From Promethearchaeum syntrophicum (GTDB lineage Archaea; Asgardarchaeota; Lokiarchaeia; Sigyniarchaeales; Promethearchaeaceae), in the NCBI RefSeq assembly GCF_008000775.2, contig NZ_CP042905.2, positions 300,001 to 332,000 of the forward strand: 32,000 bases of DNA, written 5' to 3'. Every line of letters begins with the position of its first letter. The stretch's first letter is position 1. The notes beneath the pieces are model-generated. The model was not told the origin of the DNA and ran no database searches. It saw only the letters and a program-made list of their open reading frames with translations. Positions 8,643 to 18,221 of this stretch are shown here, piece after piece. The position numbers were made by a program, and so were the translations under genes.

Positions 8643-9503
8643 ATGCGTTTTTCAACATTTTATTTTACAGCGACGGGCAATACTTGGTGGGCAGCGCGTG
8701 AATTCACTAAAATTGCACGAGATATGGGCTATGATGCGGATTATTATTCAATTGAATCCGAAGATATGCAAAGTGATGAAAAAATTGCGCAAATCATAAT
8801 AGAATCAGATGCAATTGGGTTTGCTTATCCCATACATGGAAGCATGCATCCACTTTTCATGCAGAGGTTCATCGACCGCGTAATAGATATTCGTTCGAAG
8901 AATAAAACAAACGAAGATGAACAAAACTGGAAGATTGGCTATACTATTACAACAATGGCTCTTTTTAGTGGGGATGGTGCACTGGTTCCAAGAAAACAAT
9001 TGAAAAAAGCTACTATTCATTTGCATGGAGCGATTAATTTAGCATTAGCTTCAAATTTAGCTGTTCCCTATTTTCGATACAATCCTGTGGGAACTAAAAA
9101 AATTGAACGGCGAAAGAAATACAATCGGAAGAAATTGCGTAAATATATTATGAGATTATCATCTGGGAAAAAATATCTTGAAGGACGCAATCCAATATTA
9201 TTATTTTTAGGCTGGTTACAACGAGTGTTTATGATAACATTCGAGAGTAAGGTTTATAAATATTTAAGTGTCGATTTGGATTCCTGTACGCGTTGTATGC
9301 TTTGTGTGAATAATTGTCCGACCCATTCAATCCAATATCAAGAAGATAGATTTACATTTTTATCAACCTGCACTTCTTGTATGAGATGTTATAATTTCTG
9401 CTCAGCGAACAGCATTTTACTATTTAATAAATATGCCGATCCGAAAAAGTATAAAAGATATCATGGTCCAGGTGAAGGATTTAAAATTAATCTTCTAAAG
9501 TAA
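8643..9503 (+). CDS. EFR1-type flavodoxin-like plus 2x[4Fe-4S] ferredoxin protein
   Basis: N-terminal FTATGNTWWAA flavodoxin-like P-loop; two CXXCXXCXXXC clusters CTRCMLCVNNCP and CTSCMRCYNFCS. Confidence 0.85.
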   Translation: MRFSTFYFTATGNTWWAAREFTKIARDMGYDADYYSIESEDMQSDEKIAQIIIESDAIGFAYPIHGSMHPLFMQRFIDRVIDIRSKNKTNEDEQNWKIGYTITTMALFSGDGALVPRKQLKKATIHLHGAINLALASNLAVPYFRYNPVGTKKIERRKKYNRKKLRKYIMRLSSGKKYLEGRNPILLFLGWLQRVFMITFESKVYKYLSVDLDSCTRCMLCVNNCPTHSIQYQEDRFTFLSTCTSCMRCYNFCSANSILLFNKYADPKKYKRYHGPGEGFKINLLK

Positions 9504-9652
9504 TTAGAAATGGCTTCATTATGAGTGAAATTTCAGAAGGACCATAAAAATATTTATAGGTCTCTTTTTCAAGAGCACGTAAAATAAGTCAAGGATGGTT
9601 AATGAGCCGTAAAGTAAATATCACCTTGCATGGATGATATTATAAACTCGGG

Positions 9653-10234
9653 ATGAGTAATATGATTATGAATAAGCTCAAAAAAGATATGTCACCAGAA
9701 GAAGGTGAAAAACTACTCAGAGTTTTGAAAGCTCGTTTTGAGAAAAACTTGAACCGCCATAAAGGTCTTGAATGGGCGAAAGTACAAGGAAAGCTGGAAT
9801 CTAATCTTGAAAAACTGTGGTCACTCAATGAAATGGAAAGAACTGGCGGTGAACCGGATGTTATCGGGCATGATAAAAACACAGGTGAATATATTTTTTA
9901 TGATTGTTCACCGGAAAGTCCTAAAGGCCGCAGGAGTGTTTGTTACGACCGTGAAGGATTGGAGGCAAGGACATCACATAAACCAGAAAATAACGCTATT
10001 GACATGGCAGCTGCCATGGGTATTGAGATTTTAACGGAAGACCAATATCGAAAATTGCAGAAACTTGGAAATTTCGATACGAAAACTTCGAGCTGGGTGA
10101 AAACGCCTTCTGATATAAGAAAACTCGGCGGAGCACTTTTTGCTGATCGCCGTTACGGCAATATTTTTGTGTATCACAACAGTGCTCCCTCTTATTATGG
10201 CGTAAGGGGGTTTCGTGGCTCACTAAGAGTCTAA
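9653..10234 (+). CDS. DUF4256 family protein
   Basis: NRHKGLEWAKVQ, WSLNEMERTGGEPDVIGHD, YIFYDCSPESPKGRRSVCYDREGLEAR, AIDMAAAMGIEILTEDQYR, FDTKTSSWVKTP, FVYHNSAPSYYGVRGFRGSLRV are typical of this family. Confidence 0.85.
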   Translation: MSNMIMNKLKKDMSPEEGEKLLRVLKARFEKNLNRHKGLEWAKVQGKLESNLEKLWSLNEMERTGGEPDVIGHDKNTGEYIFYDCSPESPKGRRSVCYDREGLEARTSHKPENNAIDMAAAMGIEILTEDQYRKLQKLGNFDTKTSSWVKTPSDIRKLGGALFADRRYGNIFVYHNSAPSYYGVRGFRGSLRV

Positions 10235-10561
10235 ATTTAACATTTAATTGTTAATTTCTGTGATTTTAATCTCAATGATGCACAGAAAACTAAAGGTGCT
10301 AGAACTTTGATTGTGCAACATGGAGTAAATAAATATGCATACATTAAAGCTGGGATTAAATCCGTCTGAGGATCCGGTTTCAAAATTTCCTGGATTTCGG
10401 CTTGTAAATATATCAAATTTCATCTCAGTTGGTGTATTTTTGTTGAAAAGAAATTGGTTATAGAATAAAAAAAAGCACTAAGCGCGAGTATTTTTATATT
10501 ATATTCTGGTTTCCTTAATTTTTTGGGATAACCCATTTCATCTATGTGATTAGACTGTTCA

Positions 10562-11995
10562 TTATGGTTCATATTTGAAACCTAATTTTTCTAAATGGTC
10601 TTTTTCTTTTTGCTGATGAATAACTGTCAGTTTATTTTTGTCGGTTTTCCACTTGTCCCCAGCCAAAGGATATCGGAACATAACTATAAAGCAAATAGTG
10701 AGTAATATTGCTGGTATTAGCATCCAAGCAAGAATAATTCCTGTCTCCGCGCGGTTATCTTGAAGTCCTCCCTGTAGTGTCTGGTTATAACCAAATGCCT
10801 CAATGATCCAAATAAATGCCGCATTGGCAAGACTAATTGCGGGTTTCGTGACTAAGCTATTCACCCCGGCATAAATTCCCTCTCGTCGTAATCCCGTTTG
10901 GAGTTCGTCATAATCCATTACATCGCCAAATTGCATGGTAAGCATATAAAATCCTGCCGCAACACCCACTCCACAGCCGACAAATGATATCATCGCAAAA
11001 ACTTGGGTCCTCCCACCAAATACCATGGAGAAACATCCTATCGCAAATGCTATTAGTGCAATCTGCATACATTTTTTAACCCCCCATGCTTCATGTTTAA
11101 GAATAAAAATAATCAAAGTCACAATGGTACTCAAAGCCAATCCCACAAGTAGAATCATCATGTTTATTGTTTCAATTTCGTCGGGATAATAATTTAAACC
11201 TTGGAAAAGAGAGGTTTGGACGTATATTACGGTAAAACTGATGATAAGGAAAATTATGAAGGGTTTATTTCTAAATGTAGCCTTAATTCCTTTGAAAAAG
11301 GGCATTTGCTCCTCTTCCTGCAGATATTGATTTTCTTTATAGAAGAATGTACTTACGAATGTGACAATCCCAACAATCACACCCAATATCACATGAAAAA
11401 TTTGATAACTGGTCAGGTCATCTCCAACGTCTGGTTTAACCATCGGGATAACTACCGCTGGAAATGCTATTGATAGAACACTGAAGGCGATTTTCCATAC
11501 AAATATCGGACTTCTAGCTTTATTAGATACCGCCATCTCGAAGGGCATAACGTAAAGCGCTGAAGCTACGGCAGTATAAAGTGTATCATAGAAGAACAAA
11601 CACACTAAAAGCTGAATGAAAAGACCCGGTTGAGTATCCGTGTCGGGAATTATTAGCCAGCATAGAATATAGCTTATGGCTAGGAGAGGTGCTCCAAACC
11701 GAATGTAGGGTTTTCTACGCCCCAACTTGTTCTTAGTCTTATCCGAAATATATCCATAAAGGGGATCATTAACTGCATTCCAGATCCCAAATAGTAACCA
11801 CACTATCCCAGAGAGGGTACCATCCAATCCCCTGATTTTAGTAAAGTAATAAGTGAGTGCTCCACCGCCCACAACGCTTTGGAGAACTGCCACCAGCCCA
11901 TCTGCAGCCGATACAGCTATTTGGCTTTTTGTTGGAACCTTTTCGAGGGCTAATTCCGATTCCGATGAAGTTTGAGTTTCCATAATAACAACCAA
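10562..11995 (-). CDS. GPH-family glycoside/cation symporter (MelB-like MFS_2)
   Basis: About 12 TM segments; NDPLYGYISDKTKNKLGRRKPYIRFGAP is the signature loop of this family. Confidence 0.9.
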   Translation of the reverse strand: MVVIMETQTSSESELALEKVPTKSQIAVSAADGLVAVLQSVVGGGALTYYFTKIRGLDGTLSGIVWLLFGIWNAVNDPLYGYISDKTKNKLGRRKPYIRFGAPLLAISYILCWLIIPDTDTQPGLFIQLLVCLFFYDTLYTAVASALYVMPFEMAVSNKARSPIFVWKIAFSVLSIAFPAVVIPMVKPDVGDDLTSYQIFHVILGVIVGIVTFVSTFFYKENQYLQEEEQMPFFKGIKATFRNKPFIIFLIISFTVIYVQTSLFQGLNYYPDEIETINMMILLVGLALSTIVTLIIFILKHEAWGVKKCMQIALIAFAIGCFSMVFGGRTQVFAMISFVGCGVGVAAGFYMLTMQFGDVMDYDELQTGLRREGIYAGVNSLVTKPAISLANAAFIWIIEAFGYNQTLQGGLQDNRAETGIILAWMLIPAILLTICFIVMFRYPLAGDKWKTDKNKLTVIHQQKEKDHLEKLGFKYEP

Positions 11996-12127
11996 TAATT
12001 ATGTTTTACATATTTTTATGCAAAAATATATAATATCAGAGATTGTTTTACAAACATATAAATATTTTTCCATGGTTCATATTATTGTTTCACAAAAATA
12101 TTAATTTACATAGGATAGAGTAGATCA

Positions 12128-12742
12128 ATGCTGCAAAAGAAAAATAAAGAGAAAGTATTAGGTATTCGGTTGGAGGAAAACGACTATCAACAATTTTCCA
12201 CATTTTGTGAAAAAAATAGCATAAAAATGAGTCAAATAGGTAGAAAAGCGATTTTAACCTATGTGTATCTTAATTTTAATCCCCTTGTTAATCCAAAATT
12301 GATTTTTGCAAAAAACCAGTTTAAATACATAATTCAGTGTTTGAATGAAGAGCAAATAGCTAATTTAGCGGAAATTTCTATCGCAAATGGAATAGGTGAT
12401 ATGAAGAAATTGGAAACTTATCATCCAAAAATAATACTCGAAAATCAATCAAAGACAGAAATTAACTATCAAATGGAAACTCTTACGAAATATGTATTTT
12501 CTGATGAAGGGGAGAACTGGTTCGAACAAATTAATTATACATTTCAAGATGACGATCTGATTATTAATGGAACTCACTCTTTAGGTACCAATTTTTCTAC
12601 ATATATCCGTGAATTGCTTCAAAGATATACGATAATTCATGGTTATTTACTTGTTGAGGAAGTATCTACCTCCAAATATCTCAATGATCAAAGAACATTT
12701 CATATCTTAATGAAATTTTCCCCGAAGTCTAAAAAAACCTAG
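12128..12742 (+). CDS. Hypothetical protein with ribbon-helix-helix-like N-terminus; possible transcriptional regulator
   Basis: KVLGIRLEENDYQQFSTFCEKNSIKMSQIGRKAILTYV resembles an RHH/CopG-like segment; remainder unrecognised. Confidence 0.5.
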   Translation: MLQKKNKEKVLGIRLEENDYQQFSTFCEKNSIKMSQIGRKAILTYVYLNFNPLVNPKLIFAKNQFKYIIQCLNEEQIANLAEISIANGIGDMKKLETYHPKIILENQSKTEINYQMETLTKYVFSDEGENWFEQINYTFQDDDLIINGTHSLGTNFSTYIRELLQRYTIIHGYLLVEEVSTSKYLNDQRTFHILMKFSPKSKKT

Positions 12743-12811
12743 TTATTTACAATAATTATTACATTTTTTTTTCAAGTTTTTAAAACCGAATATATTCAAA
12801 AGTGATAAGAA

Positions 12812-13864
12812 ATGGAAAATACTCATATAGAATCTACTTTGCATGATTTCTACCCTCAAAGAATTTGGACTACATTAATTCACCGAATTAAAATTATATG
12901 GCTTTTAATTGACATATCTTTTCTGGTTACTTTGGTATTTCAAAATCAGTTAAGTGGATGGATATTGTTTATCACATGGATGCTTTTTATCGGACTAAAT
13001 CTTGTTTCATTTTTTCTTATTTTTCGATTAAATCTCGGGATGATTGCAACAAATTGGGATAATATAGAGTATACAGGCTTAATAAAAAGGGATTTTAGGT
13101 TTATAACAAGCAATGGGGTACGGAATTATGCTTACATCTATTATCCCGAAAATTTTGACTTGGAAAGTGATCTATCCCCTCGAAAAACGATAATAGGTTT
13201 GCATGGATGGGGGAGCCATCACCGAGAAATGGACAGATATTGCCTTCCAATCATTAAGAAAGAAAATTATCTCTACTTTACTTTTGATGCGAGGGGACAA
13301 GGCCAAACTCCTGGGAATAAAAGTGATTTTGGCCAAATTGAAGATGCACGTGAATTTTTAGAACTTGTATTAAAACAACCCTATGTTGATAAAAAAAATG
13401 TGGTTGTAGTTGGGATGAGCTTAGGAGCGGCAAAAACAGCTGTTGTGGCATACCCACATCCCAATATTAAAGCTGTAGTTATGCTTTCGGGACCTTTTGA
13501 TTTGTTACTCACTAAAAAAATCATGACTCTAAAGGAACGTATTATTTTTGCCCTTTTTGGATACAATTTTTCTGTTCCAGATGAAGACCTTCGAAAATAT
13601 AGTGGAATTAATTATTTTAAACCCGAGGGAATCATACTACAAGGTGATACTCAACCAACACCCAATCATGATAGAGTCTTACTACTTGCAAACAGAGATG
13701 ATCCTACAGTAAAAGTCGTAAATACAGAAAAAGCTATTGAAAAATTACAGTTAAAACATGAAAATTATCGAATATTTAAAAGGGGGCACCATTGTTTTGA
13801 AGGTAATGAGTATTTTGTAGCCCTTGAAATGGCAGATTTCATACGTAAAATGATGCAGAATTAA
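12812..13864 (+). CDS. Membrane-anchored alpha/beta hydrolase
   Basis: Two N-terminal TM helices, GLHGWGSHHREMDRY oxyanion region, GMSLG nucleophile elbow, C-terminal RGHHCFEG catalytic His region. Confidence 0.85.
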   Translation: MENTHIESTLHDFYPQRIWTTLIHRIKIIWLLIDISFLVTLVFQNQLSGWILFITWMLFIGLNLVSFFLIFRLNLGMIATNWDNIEYTGLIKRDFRFITSNGVRNYAYIYYPENFDLESDLSPRKTIIGLHGWGSHHREMDRYCLPIIKKENYLYFTFDARGQGQTPGNKSDFGQIEDAREFLELVLKQPYVDKKNVVVVGMSLGAAKTAVVAYPHPNIKAVVMLSGPFDLLLTKKIMTLKERIIFALFGYNFSVPDEDLRKYSGINYFKPEGIILQGDTQPTPNHDRVLLLANRDDPTVKVVNTEKAIEKLQLKHENYRIFKRGHHCFEGNEYFVALEMADFIRKMMQN

Positions 13865-13968
13865 TTCTCAATTTCAATTTTGAGATTTTTTTAGGAATCT
13901 CATCTCTAAGTTTAACCTTTATTTTTCTCTATCATTAGATCTATCGATTTTTTTAATGGTTCTTTTTA

Positions 13969-14892
13969 TTATTTGTGATTTTCTAAATCGGATAAAATCT
14001 CTTTTTCACATTCTGGGCATAAACCGTGAGAAAATCTTATATTAGCATGAGTAGCTAGATATTCTTCAACTTGGTTCCAAAATCCGGCATCATCTCGAAT
14101 TTTCTTACATTAAGCGCAAATAAGTAATATATTTTGTAATTTCTGTACTTCTCCTTCAGTTTTTTGTAATTTTTCGATGAGTTGGTTTTTAGAGAGAAAC
14201 ATTGAGCGAACCGATAGAGGTGTTTCGATATATTTTGTGATATTTGAGTAAAAAATTATGAAATAAACACCCAGTAAAACAAAAAAACCTGATCCACAGA
14301 TAATTTTTACTAAAATTCCTGATAGGATTGGAATTTCTAAGTTGGGGTAGAAAATTCTCATTCCTAAGGGAAACAAAACTCCATCAAGAATTATCATGAG
14401 ATAATAACTCCCAATACTAGCTATAATTATTATTAGTCGCTTTTTAAAGGCTTTTTTTACAAGTTCTAAAAGAATTAATAACCCAAATAATTCAATTATA
14501 AAAGAAATAATTGAAACAATGTTCGATCCTAACGATTAGTTAAAAAATTCATCTGATATATTAAAAAGATTGACTATTTGTTCCATTTTTAAAAAAATCG
14601 ATACTATATGATAAATTATTGAAATAAAAAGACTCATAATAATAAGCATATAAAGTAAAATTCGAATTTTTTTTGGATCGGGAATGGAAATAATTGCAAT
14701 CATATACGTTGCTAAAAATGCAGAATAAGCTAAATTTCCTCTTGTTACTAGAAGATTTGGAGATAGATTTATGCTGTAAGTTCTCCCAAATAGCTGATTT
14801 AGGATAAAAGGAACTCCTAAATACATATAATTAAATAATAATCGATTTTTTGGAGAAAATAATAATAATAAGAACATTGGAGACCCGTACAA
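13969..14892 (-). pseudogene. Multi-TM sensor-like protein with C-terminal CASCKKIRDD...CPEC module, broken by in-frame TAA codons at 14536-14538 and 14110-14112; N-terminus unclear
   Basis: ORFs 14536..14892 and 14110..14397 share a frame. Manual reading of the gap gives *SLGSNIVSIISFIIELFGLLILLELVKKAFKKRLIIIIASIGSYYLM..., and after the second stop CKKIRDDAGFWNQVEEYLATHANIRFSHGLCPECEKEILSDLENHK*. Confidence 0.7.
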
Positions 14893-15021
14893 AATAAAAT
14901 GAATAAGAATAATCCAGATTGAATTTATTTTTTTCCTTCCAAATATTCTATTTAAAAATCTCTGTTCTCACTAATATAACTTCGTAAAAATGAAATAATT
15001 AAATTTAATCATATTAAAAAA

Positions 15022-15867
15022 TTACCAAAGACCCTCATCGAGTTTACTTAATAAGCGGTTTTTAATTCTCTTCACATTACCATTTCTATATCGGTGTTCT
15101 AAAATTTGTTTGAGTAAATTGAGTCTTTGATTATCTACATTATGCATAAAATTTGATGCAATTTTATTTTTAAGATCATCTTCAAGAATGTCTTCTTTAT
15201 CAATGATTGCTTTAACAAATTCTGCTTCTTTAAAAAGAAGAGTAACGCCATCTTGAATTATATACGTCTGAGTAGAATCATCAATAATTTCTAATGATTT
15301 ATTAACGATATTAGTTTCAAAGTCTAATGGTATATCTTTCCATGGTGTATTAATCACGATTCCTGTTGGATTGATGACTAGGGCATTTTCTATCTTAGCT
15401 TTTTGGTAATCCTTCTCTAAAATATTTGAAACTAACAGTATTTTTTTATTGGGTGAGTCAGGTAAGATTTTATTAAGAAAATAAGTAAAATCTGAAGCAC
15501 GACTTCCTTCATATTTTGTTCTAAGAATGATTATTGGAAAATCTAATAATAGGGAATGGATAACACAACTTACTGCATAATCTCCGTAAGTTTTTAACAT
15601 GTCTCTTAAATATATTTTATCTTTGCTCCTGGATTCTTCCACTGCAGATAAATCAATATTCATGTCTATAACTTCATATCCCATAATTTCACTCTTTTTA
15701 TTCAAAAAGAGGATAAATTGATGTTCACAGCAAATCCCTTTATAAATCTGAATTTTTATATTTCCTACCTTTTTATTGTCAAAGATATAATTAGGGACTT
15801 TTATCACCTTTTCAGCTTGACAAATGGGACACTGGACTTTTATATCTTTTTCTTCATTTTCTGACAT
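15022..15867 (-). CDS. Hypothetical protein with N-terminal Cys/His metal-binding-like motif
   Basis: 281-aa ORF; VQCPICQAEK...GICCEHQF resembles a zinc-finger-type segment. Confidence 0.7.
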   Translation of the reverse strand: MSENEEKDIKVQCPICQAEKVIKVPNYIFDNKKVGNIKIQIYKGICCEHQFILFLNKKSEIMGYEVIDMNIDLSAVEESRSKDKIYLRDMLKTYGDYAVSCVIHSLLLDFPIIILRTKYEGSRASDFTYFLNKILPDSPNKKILLVSNILEKDYQKAKIENALVINPTGIVINTPWKDIPLDFETNIVNKSLEIIDDSTQTYIIQDGVTLLFKEAEFVKAIIDKEDILEDDLKNKIASNFMHNVDNQRLNLLKQILEHRYRNGNVKRIKNRLLSKLDEGLW

Positions 15868-15946
15868 GCGTTAAATACATATTTGCATATGACTAAAAAA
15901 ATGTTTAGCCTCAAAAAAGTAAAATTAAAAAAATTTGAAAAAAAAA

Positions 15947-16660
15947 CTAATCTTCTTTATTATAAACTGGAGTAAAACCTGAAAAGATTAGTAAATATCC
16001 AATTAACATAGTTAATCTTGCAAGTGCAATTAAACTAGGGGCAAGAAATGTATCTAAAATTCCTGCAATTGCAAAAAGAACCCATCCCAAGGCTAAAAAT
16101 AAACTTTTTTTACGTTTAGTTTTGTCTTCAATTTTCCGAGCTATTGATAGAAAGCCTCCTCCTAGCAAAAACATTGCACTAAGAATTGCGATTGCGACCA
16201 TCGGTAATCCTATTGGTAATACATAAGATATGTCCATCAAATCTCCTACTCCAATTGAATCTGAAGCTTCAAAAACATAATCTCTTAAGAACAGAAAACT
16301 TACCCACCAGATTATGGCAAAAATGCTAAAGAAAATCATGACTCCTTTTTTCCAAGACGGTTTAAAGATATCAAATCCTAAGTACATGGCTAAAATTAAG
16401 GTCAGAGGTAGCGTAAAATACGAAAGAAATCCATAGAGAATATAAGAAATATTTTCACCCGTAAAAAGCAAATAGAAGAAAGCTGTTGATGGACCTAAAT
16501 AAAATATTGCCAATCCAATCCCTAAACCTGCAATTAAGGGCAATAAAGATTTCTTAAGGCTATTGTAGTGTATAATAAACCGGATTCCGAAATAAAATCC
16601 AGTAAGCAGAACGCAAAAAGCGCTGATTCCATTTAAATATGTTTCTATAGGTAGTGCCAT
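15947..16660 (-). CDS. About 7-TM integral membrane protein of unknown function
   Basis: Regularly spaced hydrophobic segments along 237 aa. Confidence 0.75.
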   Translation of the reverse strand: MALPIETYLNGISAFCVLLTGFYFGIRFIIHYNSLKKSLLPLIAGLGIGLAIFYLGPSTAFFYLLFTGENISYILYGFLSYFTLPLTLILAMYLGFDIFKPSWKKGVMIFFSIFAIIWWVSFLFLRDYVFEASDSIGVGDLMDISYVLPIGLPMVAIAILSAMFLLGGGFLSIARKIEDKTKRKKSLFLALGWVLFAIAGILDTFLAPSLIALARLTMLIGYLLIFSGFTPVYNKED

Positions 16661-16734
16661 TTTTCATCACCAAAATAAAAATGTAACTATAATTTTCTTT
16701 TTGATATTTAAAGAGTTTTTGGTGAACTTTCTAA

Positions 16735-17307
16735 TTAATTTTCTGTGTATTCGTCTCCATTTGTAATGTATCTTTTTCCACATTCTTCACAGGATACAAA
16801 AAAAGTATCTCCTATCTTCGAAAATGAAATTTCAGAAAATTTTTTTCCACAATTTGGGCAGTCAATCAAATGTAGGGTATTTTCAGTCATGAAATCTTCA
16901 TCATTGGATTGGATATTCATGTGAATATTTGTAATAATATTTCCATTTTCTTCGGAGGTAGTATTTTCTTCTACTTCCTCAACATCTGAATCAATTTTGT
17001 TATAATATTCATTTTCTTCATCATTTTTTTGCTTTATTGAATCAATTTCTTGGGGAGCTTTAGATTTTTTCTTATTAATTTTAATTTTTTTCGTGATTTT
17101 TGATGGTTTTCTGAAAATTCTTAAAATTGCATCCAAAATCACTTTTAAAAGGAGAATAAATATTTCTAATAGCTTAAATGTAACATAGATGAAAACCATG
17201 CATAGAGGAATTGCTATTATTGCGATTAAAACTTTAAATTCAACATTTAATAAGCTAAACCACTCAACCAAATCTACCATTGAATTGGGAAATTGTAGCA
17301 TAACCAT
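16735..17307 (-). CDS. Membrane protein with acidic linker and C-terminal zinc ribbon
   Basis: Hydrophobic N-terminal half (VLIAIIAIPLCMVFIYVTFKLLEIFILLLKVIL) and CPNCGKKFSEISFSKIGDTFFVSCEECGKRY. Confidence 0.75.
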   Translation of the reverse strand: MVMLQFPNSMVDLVEWFSLLNVEFKVLIAIIAIPLCMVFIYVTFKLLEIFILLLKVILDAILRIFRKPSKITKKIKINKKKSKAPQEIDSIKQKNDEENEYYNKIDSDVEEVEENTTSEENGNIITNIHMNIQSNDEDFMTENTLHLIDCPNCGKKFSEISFSKIGDTFFVSCEECGKRYITNGDEYTEN

Positions 17308-17383
17308 TTTATCATCAATAAAATTAGAATGTTTTATATCAATAAATTGATTTCTTAGACCACTAATTAGCGGAGAGTAAAAA

Positions 17384-18187
17384 TTATAATAATTTACGTA
17401 ATTCAGAAAAAGAATTTAATTTTAGAAAGGGGATAATTTTTGATTCATAATTCTTTTGAAATTTCGCTTGGCCTTTTCCAGTTTTCACTAAAATGCCTTT
17501 AACGCCTGCATTTTGTGCACCTTGAATATCAGACTCTACATCATCTCCAATTATTATTGCGTCATTTGCATTTATACCAATTTTTTCTAATGCTAATTTA
17601 AAATAATCCGCATTTGGTTTACCAAGAATTAAAGGTTTAACATTAGCAGCATCTGCTACCATTTTTACCAGTGATCCAGTATCAATTTTAGGATTTCCCT
17701 CTTGATCTAAATAATATCTATTTCCTTGAGATCCAATTAATTTTGCTCCTTTTAAAACATATTTAAAGGCTGTATTTAAACGTTCAATTCTCCAATCATC
17801 TGAAAAATCACTAATGACAACGAAATCTGGTATATTATCATCGGTAACCTGAGAAAACGTTTGAAATTCGGATAGAACTCGATCTGTCATTAAGAAATAT
17901 GATTTTTTATCCGGGAATTGTGAAATATATTCTTTGATTGCAATTATGGGAGTAAAAATATCATGAGATTTCACTGAAAAACCAAAATCTAATAATTTTT
18001 CTAGTATATCTTTGGGGGTTTTACTATCCGTATTAGTCAGAAAAACTACTTTGTATCCTTTATCTTGTAGAAATGATACGGTTTCTATTGCATTTGGAAT
18101 AACCCTCCCTCGAAAATATAATGTCCCATCAATATCGCATAATATTCCGCGAACGAATCCAAGTTTTTTATTCATATTTAATTCCAT
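17384..18187 (-). CDS. HAD-superfamily IIA hydrolase, LHPP/NagD-like
   Basis: CDIDGTLYFRG motif I, FLTNTDSKT motif II, GKPNADYFKLAL, IIGDDVESDIQGAQNAG motif IV. Confidence 0.9.
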   Translation of the reverse strand: MELNMNKKLGFVRGILCDIDGTLYFRGRVIPNAIETVSFLQDKGYKVVFLTNTDSKTPKDILEKLLDFGFSVKSHDIFTPIIAIKEYISQFPDKKSYFLMTDRVLSEFQTFSQVTDDNIPDFVVISDFSDDWRIERLNTAFKYVLKGAKLIGSQGNRYYLDQEGNPKIDTGSLVKMVADAANVKPLILGKPNADYFKLALEKIGINANDAIIIGDDVESDIQGAQNAGVKGILVKTGKGQAKFQKNYESKIIPFLKLNSFSELRKLL

Positions 18188-18221
18188 TAATTTAAATAGT
18201 TTTATAATTCATTTCATAAAT

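Noticed and set aside
8805-9026. Minus-strand 73-aa ORF
   Set aside because: Antisense to the EFR1-type flavodoxin/ferredoxin gene.
9640-10223. ORFs 9640..9882(-), 9768..10034(+), 9996..10223(-)
   Set aside because: All overlap the well-supported DUF4256 gene in other frames.
10235-10561. Possible tRNA or structured RNA in the gap after DUF4256
   Set aside because: No T-arm (GGTTCGAATCC-like) or acceptor-stem pairing could be found by eye.
11201-11473. Plus-strand 90-aa ORF
   Set aside because: Antisense to the GPH symporter coding sequence.
13381-13566. Minus-strand 61-aa ORF
   Set aside because: Antisense within the alpha/beta hydrolase gene.
18012-18221. N-terminal extension of the molybdopterin oxidoreductase ORF as given in the track
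   Set aside because: Overlaps the HAD gene on the other strand and lacks homologous content; the conserved region begins around VDLNKNHTLIPRFGTC, with GTG at 18222.
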